Of a stretch of 64,000 nt of DNA, positions 55,124-64,000 are shown in pieces. The notes below the pieces were generated by a model. That model was not told where the DNA came from. It saw nothing but the letters and a program-made list of their open reading frames with translations, and did not search any database. Source of the DNA: Octopus vulgaris. Taxonomy: Eukaryota. How positions within the stretch are numbered: position 1 is the first letter of the stretch; every line of letters begins with the position of its first letter. Both the position numbers and the translations under genes were made by a program. The stretch lies in the NCBI GenBank assembly GCA_951406725.2, contig OX597828.1, forward strand, positions 26,846,001 to 26,910,000. Reading direction: 5' to 3'.

Positions 55124-55442
55124 TATATAAAAAAAGGAAATGAAGAAAATGCTGACAAAATAATTTAAGTAAGGGAGAGTGTATTTAATTAGGTGAAAGT
55201 TATTTTTACCGGTTGCGCATTTGTTATGCTTATCAAAAGATATTTTTTTAAGAGAGATAGAGTTCCTTTCTGATAGATTTTTTTCTCTTATCTATCAGAA
55301 AGGAACTCATCTCTCTTAAAAAAATATCTTTTGATAAGCATAACAAATGCGCAACCGTAAAAAGAACTTTCACCTAATTAAATACTCTCTCCCTTACTTA
55401 AATTATTTTGTCAGCATTTTCTTCATTTCCTTTTTTATATAT
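55123..55442. repeat. Long inverted repeat, arms about 155 bp, 11-nt spacer
   Basis: 55123-55278 versus reverse complement of 55290-55442, only a few substitutions and indels; abuts (TA)n. Confidence 0.95.
55201..55242 (-). ncRNA. Type I hammerhead-like fold with compensatory U3-A8 core and GCAA for GAAA; inverted copy on + at 55325-55364
   Basis: tatctt-TTGATAA-GCAT-aacaa-ATGC-GCAA-CCGG-TA-aaaata: stem I 5 of 6 bp, stem II 4 bp, palindromic ACCGGT stem III. Confidence 0.55.
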
Positions 55443-55879
55443 CACAACTCGTGTTCCACATCTTTTTTAAATATATATATATATATATTCATTATATATC
55501 TCGTATAAAATCAGTTCTGTGTGTGTGTGGCTTCTAGGATCTCGGGCATTCTCCATCCGATTGTGCTCAAATTTGATATGTAGATACCAACGGTATCAGG
55601 TCATGTATAAGTCTTTAAAAAATTACAAAAATCGTTTCCAGGTGAGTATGCGATCGATAAAGCCGTGGGAAATTGTTTTTCTTTAGAATAGAAAAAAGTC
55701 TATCCTTTTTTCTTCTTTTGCTGGTGTCTGAAATTTAGGTTAAATCAGTGTTTCTCAAAGGGGAGGCCTATGGGACCATTGGATAAGTTGTTTTGAGAAA
55801 ATTTGGTTTAAATGTTTGACAACTCAACACTGTCTATTGGACGGTGCAGGGGTGCGTTTTGCTCATAAATATATATATA

Positions 55880-56075
55880 TACATTACGCCATGATAGATC
55901 GTTAGCCACTACATACATATTTTTTCTCTCCTTGTTTTTTCTGTGTCCCTTTCTGTAGAAGAGTGTAGGCTCGAAACGTAAAAGACTTTTTCTATTCCTG
56001 AGCATTATACTAATACATCTGTTTGTTTTGTACACCACCTGTCTTCGTCTTTTGTTTTTTTCGTAAACTCTCCCT
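55880..56075 (+). mobile_element. Short HHR-like element, family B copy 2 (core CUGUAGA at 55949-55984)
   Basis: cttt-CTGTAGA-a-GAGT-gtag-GCTC-GAAA-C-G-TA-aaag: all three stems of a minimal type I HHR; flanked by (TA)n. Confidence 0.75.
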
Positions 56076-57138
56076 ATATATATATACATTATATATATAT
56101 ATATATAATATGTATATACATTATATATATATATATGTGTTATATATATACAACCCATTCCAGCATGGAAAGCGGATGTTAACCGACAACGATGATGATG
56201 ATATATATTTTTCCGGAGAATTAATTGTACATATTCCATGTCCTTTCCCTCTTTAGTAAACTCAGTACAGGTATTATGGATCTGCATTTGTCTGAAATTA
56301 CAAGCCAAGCCATAACTGCTTCATGGTTGAATGATTCACAGTAGGAAGATCTTCCAGCTGTGGTACTTCAATATGTAACTGACCAAATAAATATAGTAAC
56401 AACAACAATAATAATAATAGTAAAAAAAAAACCTCATGTAAGTGTAGAGAAAACAAGAAAATAAAACACAAGTAATGTTCTTTTATTTTGTAATTTTATG
56501 CTTTATATTTATTTGATGTTGTTTTTGTTTAGACCCAAGCCAGACCTGGGTGGGGAGACCCACAATAAAAGGCATTCCAGCTGTGACCATCCTTTGTTAT
56601 TTCTATGTGTGTCACATTATTCAACATGTCCTCATGCAAGATAAAATGACTTGAGGGAGATTGGCCTGCTATTTCTAACACGTCAGGCCAATTCTCTGAC
56701 AGGATCACATCCAAAAGCACCAAGCTGCAAAATAAAAACTTATTTACTTGATAGTAGCCATGTCTGCTTGCATATATTGACCTGTCTTTACTGCTTTTAT
56801 ATAATTTTTTAATATAATTTTAAATTTGATTTAATTCTATTTCCATTTAATTTACTTTTAGTAGCAATTTATTTAATTATTTTTATTTCATAAGTTTCTG
56901 TTAGGCTTGTTTTTGGCATGGTATCTTGTTCGTGGTGTGTTAGAGCCTGATAAACAATGTATCCAGTAGTCTGTGTTCTTTGTTAGCTGTTCCTCGGGTC
57001 GCTGCTATTATGTCGCATATCAGAAGTTGGATGGGTTTTTTTTCACACTTGTTTCTTTGTATTATAATTTTTAGCATTACAGTGTCTTTTTTGCTGAGTA
57101 ATTTCTTTGTTGTGTGGGTATTGTTCCGTACTTATAAA

Positions 57139-57407
57139 CAGGGCTGTGGAGTCGGAATCAGAGTCAGAAACAATTAAGTGGTAGCTGGAGTCAGAGTCGG
57201 TAAAACTATACCTACTCCTACTCAGAATATCTTTATTCTTTAATATAAACCAGTTATAACATATAGGCCTACTCAGAGTAGAAGCTTATGCATGTTTTAT
57301 GCGATATGTAGACCACAATCACTTCATTACAGAAAGAGGAGTTGGAGTCAGATTTGCCAATAGTAGAGGAGTCAGACTCAGTTTTTTGTTTCAACTCCAC
57401 AGCCCTG
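57139..57407. mobile_element. hAT-type MITE
   Basis: TIRs cagggctgtggagt / actccacagccctg, internal ggagtc repeats, degenerate 8-bp TSD cttataaa / attataag. Confidence 0.8.
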
Positions 57408-57804
57408 ATTATAAGCTAATTGTTTATTTTGATGTTGTTGTTTGTAATGATAATAAGTATTGGCATGATGGATATCTATTGCTATTATGTTTAACTCCTG
57501 CTGATTACTACTGATTCCCTGGTAGTGTTTGATTTAAAGATGTTGATGCCACCAAAATAAATGATACTGTTCAGGTGTCGAAACCATAATAATATCCATT
57601 TGGCAGCCGATGATGGGAATATTAATTTGTGAAGCTTGTTTGTTATTTTCTTATATCTTGTTAATCTGAGTTGTCTTTCATTCTAGTGGAAGGATTTTGT
57701 GGATTTATGGCTTGTGGAGATTACTCACGTTAATTACTTTTCTTTATAGATAATCTAATTAAGCTTAGATAACACCTAGATATAGATTTTAGAAATTATT
57801 ATTA

Positions 57805-58028
57805 AGGCAGCAAGCTGGTAGAACTGTTAGCATGCTAGAGAAAATACTTTTCTGGCATTTCATCCATCTTTATGTTCTGAGTTCAAATTCTGTTGAGGTC
57901 GATTTTTGCCTTCTGTCCTTTTGGGGGTTAATAAAATAAACACCAGATGAGTGATTGGGTCAATGTAATCTATGAGCACTCTGTTTCAAAATTTCAGGCC
58001 CTGCACCTATAGCAGAAAAGGGTTATTA

Positions 58029-58089
<61 letters not shown>

Positions 58090-58310
58090 GGTGGTGAGCT
58101 AGTTGATTCTTTAGCATTCCAGGCAAAATGCTTAGCGGCATTTTGTCTTTAAATCTTGAGTCCAAATTCCATGGTGGTTGACTTTGCTTTTCATCCTTTC
58201 AGGGTTGATTAAATAAGTACCAGATGATTACTGGGGGTTGATGTAATCGACTTACCCCCTCCCCTTACCCCCAAATTTCAGGCCTTGTGCCTATAGTAGA
58301 AAGGATTATC
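57805..58310 (+). mobile_element. Two tandem SINE family 2 copies separated by (ATT)n
   Basis: 57805-58025 and 58088-58308. Confidence 0.85.
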
Positions 58311-58330
58311 GTTATTATTATTTTAATATC

Positions 58331-58726
58331 TAGGAGTGGCTGTGTGGTAAGTAGCTTGTTTACCAACCACATGGTTCCGGGTTCAGTCCCACTGTGTGGC
58401 ACCTTGGGCAAGTATTTTCTACTATAGCCTCGGGCTGGCCAAAGTCTTGTGAGTGGATTTGGTAGACGGAAACTGAAAAGAAGCCCGTCGTATATATGTA
58501 TATATATGTGTGTGTTTGTGTGTCTGTGTTTTTCCCCCTAGCATTGCTTGACAACCAGTGCTGGTGTGTTTATGTCCCCGTTACTTAGCGGTTCGGCAAA
58601 AGAGACCGATAGAATACGTACTGGGCTTACAAAAAGAATAAGTCCCGGGGTCGAGTTGCTCGATTAAAGGCGTTGCTCCAGCATGGTCGCAGTCAAATGA
58701 CTGAAACAAGTAAAAGAGTAAAGGAG
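58331..58726 (+). mobile_element. SINE family 1, young
   Basis: Full-length match. Confidence 0.9.
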
Positions 58727-60121
58727 TATCTATTGCTTTTTTGTTGCTGAATTATGTCGTTTTTTTTCTTTCTTTTTTTTTTTTGTTTTTTTTTTGACGT
58801 GGGAGGGAAAACAAGTTAGAAAATCAAGGCAAACCTCGAACCATGTTTGGTTTGTTCTCTCTGGCCAGAAATTAAGACTGACACCAAAGCAATCAGTTTA
58901 CTTAGTTCCAGTTTGGAATTCAATTAAAATGATTTGCTCTGTTGTTTCTTTAAGTCTCTGGTGACTTAAAAATATTTTGGCAATCCCATGTGAAGCCATT
59001 CTTTGTCTAGTCAGATATTCACAACAACAACAACATTGAATACAAATTATGACTTGGAAGCAAACAATAGAAAAATAACAACAACAACAACAACTACTAC
59101 AACAGTAATAATATAAACCAACCCTTGAAACCCACCAACTGACCAACCTGCCTGCCTGCCAGCCTACCAATATTCTCAATTGAATTAAAATCAAACGATA
59201 AAAAATTAAAAAAAAAAAAAAGAAGAATATTCCTTGATTATCCTCTGAATATAAGATCTCTCAATTTGAAAGCACATTAAAAACACCAACAGCAACAGCA
59301 GCAGTAATAGCAGCAACACTAGGAAATCATCATCATCAGCAGCAGCAACAACATCAGCAACATCTATCATGCAGTAAAAAAAAAAAAAGCAAGAAAACAA
59401 AGCAACAATGAAATGAAAATGTAAACAAGCACTTCTAAACACAAAGCATTTCTTTTCTACACTGTTGTACTTCCATACAAACTAATCTCAATAGTATGCT
59501 GGCAAATTGAATTAATTGTAATTAGTAATTTATCAAAAAGCCATGAGAGTAGATAGTAACTAATAATAAAACATTTACCTAATTGACTAATTAAATATTT
59601 TAAGTACCGTCTGTTTATATTTTTATTTTTATTTCATTCTATTTCACTTTTTTTTTTTTTCTGCTGTTGTTTTCACTCTTCTTCACCTTCACCTCCTTCA
59701 CTTTCTTTTTCTTCCTCTCACTTTCTTCTTCTTCTTCTCCCCTCACACCTTACTTTTACTCCGTTGCCAAACACTTGCTAAGATTAGGTGTGTGCTGTAT
59801 TCATTAAATAAGGTTACATAATATGTCACATGTCGCTGGTTCTTTGTCTGCCTCTCTACATTGAGGTCATGGAAGGAGGTTCAGGAGTGACCATAAATCT
59901 AAAGTGCATTGTTGACCATTTCTGCTTCATGGTTCTTCCACACATCTCTATTTACACATGGACAACATTTATCGCTAATATCTCAATGTTTGTTGTTGTG
60001 GCTTGCACTGTTGTTGTTGCTTCAGCCTGCTATAATTGCACAGTCCACCTCTATATTTAGAGGTGATCCAAACATGACCACCCCTCTTTCATGTATGTGT
60101 GCGTGTGTGTTCAAATGTGCA

Positions 60122-60645
60122 TCTTTTATCTTTTACTTGTGTCACTCATTGGATTGCAGTCATGCTGGGGAACAACCTCAAAGGGTTTTGCCAAACAAAC
60201 CCATCCCCATTACATAGTTTTAAGTTTGGTACACATTCTATTGGGCTTGTTTTGCTGAACTACTAAGTGACAGGGATGTAAACAAACCAGCATTGGTTGA
60301 CAAACAGTGGTAGGACACACACACACACACATGCTCATCATTATCGTTTAATGTCCGTCTTCCTTGCTGGTATGAGTTGGATGATTTCACAGGATCTGAC
60401 TAGCTCCAGTGTTGGCTTTAGCATGATTTCTTCTACAGCTCAATGCCCTTCCTGATGCCAACCACTTCAAAGATACACACACACACATGACAGGGTTCCA
60501 TACAGTTTCTATCAACCACATTCAACAACAAGGTATTGGTCAGCCCATACCTATTGTAGAAGACACTTGCCCAAGATGCTGTGCAGTGGAACTGAACTGG
60601 GAAGCCCCACAGTTGTAAACAGAGTTATTTAACCACAACTGCCAT
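60122..60645 (-). mobile_element. Diverged SINE family 1 with an RTE-tail repeat nested in its (CA)n tract
   Basis: Family 1 halves flank a family 3 segment at about 60335-60470. Confidence 0.7.
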
Positions 60646-61569
60646 GTCACAATTGAAGCTTTTTTTTTTTACCTTTCTTGCTTCCAATTGCAGAATTTGC
60701 ACCTGTTATAGTGATTGGACTACACTAACCTCTCTGCATTCATCTTCTGGCCACTGCCTTTGCAACCAAAACAGGTGATGAGGGATTCTCGTATTAACGA
60801 ACCCAGTTTTAATTGGTCTTAACTGATGCTTGGAAATCATTTAATTTTACATGCATATTTTTATTGTTCTGTCAGGTTGACCAGTCATTAAAAGTCTTGT
60901 CTTTCATGCTGTCTGTCTGTCTTTGTGTCTTTTTATCTGTCTGCCTGTCAGTCTGTCTCTCTTTCTGTCTGTCTGCCAGTTTGTCTATATATCTATTTAT
61001 CTGTCTGTCTATACGTGTGTATGTATTGTATAATGTATGTATCATACATATGACATTTGTCTTGTGATATCTTCATCATCATAATTTAAAGTCCCCTTTT
61101 CCATGCCAGTATGGGTTGGACAGTGTGACAAGAACAGTTGGGGCAGAGGACTGTGTTAGATTCTTTGGCATGGTTTCTACTGTTGGATGCCCTTCCTAAC
61201 ACCAATCACTTAACATATTATATGTTATATATAACATATATATAACTTAATATATTATATATTTGCTATAAATATTATATCATATGACCATCATATTTTT
61301 AAAGTCCACTTTGCCACGGGAAGCCAACTTCTGAACCACACCACCACACCTTTTCTCAGAGGCATGCTGGTGTCTGTTTTACATGTGTGTGTGTGTGTGT
61401 AGTTCACTTCTCAACCACATGATTTCAGATTTTTAGGTTCAATCCCACCGTGCAGCACCTTGTGCAGACCATAGGCTTTGCAGTGGATTTGGTAGACAGA
61501 AACTGAGAGAAGCCCACTGTATATGTGCATATGTATATAAATGTATATTTGTGTGTGTGTGTAAAGATA

Positions 61570-62826
61570 TATAGGGTTGAAGAATAATTCATAAGCATTT
61601 TTTGCCAATTTAATTTTAACAAAAAAATCTACAACAAATTAATCAATAACATACTCTCACTTGTTGTTTACAACTCCCTCCAAGCATTCAAAAGGTTTTT
61701 TGATGCCTCAGCGATAGAAATCTCTCAGTCTTGACTCAAAGAATTCGTCCAACCAAGCCTTCAATTCCATGTCATTATCGAACTATACACCATACAAGGC
61801 ATTCAAAAGCTGTCAAAAGAGATGAAAATCTGATGGTGCCAAATATGGAGAGTATGGAGGATTCAGCAGCATTTCCCATTTGAGTTCTTGAATTGCAGCT
61901 TTGGTCATATTGGCAATGTGAGGATGAGCATTGTCCTGTTGCAGAAGAATGCCATTTCACTTTTTGCTGAATTGCTTTGTTGAGTAGGTGCAGTTGTTGA
62001 ATGTAGAGCTCTGCATTGAGTGTTTGGTTGTGCTCAAGCAGTTCATAATCAACTATGCTGTCCTAGTACCACCATACACACAACATCGTCTTTTGAGGAT
62101 GAAGGTCTTGTTTTGTTTACAGAGTCGCTTGTTTGTCAGGGCTGAGCCATTCTTTTCACTGCTTCATATTGACGTGAAGGTACCATTTTCATCGCCAGTG
62201 ACAGACAATGTGGTAAAAAATTCTTCGTGACCATGTGTTGAGCAAACTGGTGGTGATTGTGGAGCATTGATTTTTGCTGTTTTCACTTAAAGTGTGTGGC
62301 ACTCAAGCACTGAGTTTCTGAACCTTGCCCATTGAGTGAAAGTGGTTCACCACAGTTTTTTTTTTTTATTACAATCCATCTGCTCCGTCAATTCTCTGGT
62401 CATTTGACATGGATTTTCATGAAGAAATCGATTCAATCTCTCTTCATTGAACTCAGTTGGTTGACTGGTGTGTGATTCGTCCTTGAGGTTAAAATTCCAT
62501 TTTTGAAGCACAAAAGCAAAACAGTGGGTGGTACTTTCAGACATTGCTCCTTCTCTATACACAGCACAAATCTCATGAGCAGCTTCGGCGACCTTAACAC
62601 CTCGATTAAATGTGAAAAGCAAATGGTGTTGAAAATGCTCAGTTTTGTCCACTTGTAATGATCTGAAAAAACATAAAAATCAATAAAATAAAAAAATCAA
62701 AACACACTTTCTTGTAGAGCAAAGAATTCCCTTTTAAATAACATAAAACATTTTGCCAGTGCGTTTTATTTCTGCGTGCATTTTTAAATTTAAAAAAATG
62801 CTCCTGAATTATTCCTCAAACCAATA
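61570..62826 (-). mobile_element. Full-length degenerate mariner transposon (about 1.26 kb)
   Basis: Imperfect TIRs tatagggttgaagaataattcataagcattttt / tattggtttgaggaataattcaggagcattttt in TA context. ORF 62347-62652 (EHFQHHLLFTFNRG..AAHEICAVY.EGA..FNLKDE) is a mariner helix-turn-helix N-terminus; the rest is disrupted. Confidence 0.9.
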
Positions 62827-62845
62827 TATATATATATATATATAT

Positions 62846-63230
62846 ACTAGCAGTATCGCCCGGCGTTGCTCAGGTTTGTAAGGGAAATAACTATAAAGCA
62901 TTTTTAGAGAATTATAGCCAAAAAATAGCAAAAAAATGGAAAAAAATGATGGTAAATTTTTTTTGAGTAAAAAAAAGTGGAGTTGCGTCCCCTAGACAGT
63001 TTGCGGTTTGTGTTTCTGATTCTCGACCCCATGTCGAATTTATCGATTTTTTTCAGAACTGGGGGAACTTTTCAAAATTTTCGCTGCGTTAGTTTTGAAT
63101 TATGACATTGGGCTATGTGTGTGTCAAGTTTCATCAGAATCGGTTGAAAGCCGTGGTCAGGGTGAGGGTACAAGCAAACAGACACACAGAAGCACGCACA
63201 GACAAACTGCCGTTTATATAGAGAGAGATA
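62846..63230 (+). mobile_element. Helentron-associated (HINE/DINE-1-like) non-autonomous element
   Basis: Starts tactagcagtatcgcccggcgttgc after (TA)n, contains tgtgtcaagtttcatcagaatcgg and a terminal acagac-type microsatellite. A related fragment lies on minus at about 55490-55640. Confidence 0.6.
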
Positions 63231-63276
63231 ATCAAAATAAGCAACAAGGATATCCAAGGTAGTGCACTGAATCTGA

Positions 63277-63323
<47 letters not shown>

Positions 63324-63507
63324 CTATATACAGATATATATTTATATATATATAGCATGAGCCAAAAGACATGCACCAAACATTTGACATATTATTCATA
63401 TTTGTTGTTAGGACTATTTCACCCATAGCTATGCTCTGAGTTCAAATTTCACCGTGATCAACTTCGCTTTTCATCCTTCGAGGGTCCCACCTTGTATATA
63501 TATATAT

Positions 63508-63902
63508 AGGAGTGGCTGTGTGGTAAGTAGCTTGCTAACCAGCCACATGTTTCCGGGTTCAGTCCCACTGCGTGGCATCTTGGGCAAGTGTCTTCTGCTA
63601 TAGCCCCGGGCCGACCAATGCCTTGTGAGTGGATTTGGTAGACGGAAACTGAAAGAAGCCTGTTGTATATATGTATGTATTTGTGTGTCTGTGTTTGTCC
63701 CCCTAGCATTGCTTGACAACCGATGCTGGTGTGTTTACGTCCCCGTCATTTAGCTGTTTAGCAAAATAGACCGATAGAATAAGTACTGGGCTTACAAAGA
63801 ATAAGTCCCGGGGTCGATATGCTCGACTAAAGGCGGTGTTCCAGCATGGCCGCAGTCAAATGACTGAAACAAGTAAAAGAGTAAAAGAGAGAGTAAAAGA
63901 GT
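63508..63902 (+). mobile_element. SINE family 1, young
   Basis: Full-length match. Confidence 0.9.
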
Positions 63903-64000
63903 ATATATGTGTGTGCGTGTGTGTGTGTGTGTGTGCATGTGTGTGTGTTGGGGATGAGTGATTTTGTATTTACCTGTCACTCATAAATAAAGGCTTTGTT

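Overview
AT-rich, microsatellite-saturated animal genomic DNA. The repeat families point to an octopod cephalopod (inference from recalled repeat sequences, not a search). I cannot recognise any host protein-coding gene, and almost all ORFs in the track are microsatellite or repeat artefacts. The window looks intronic or intergenic and is dominated by three SINE-type families, TTAA and hAT-type MITEs, a full-length degenerate mariner, and fragments of CR1, R4/Dong-like (RLE) and Penelope-like retroelements. The most interesting signal is a set of minimal type I hammerhead ribozyme (HHR) folds in short elements mostly next to (TA)n tracts. They include one canonical core and several non-canonical ones: a G3-C8 swap, a U3-A8 swap, A6U in two copies, and U4C. 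About eight fold-back inverted duplications also occur, several containing a hammerhead or turning inside one. All structures were read by eye and repeat boundaries are approximate.
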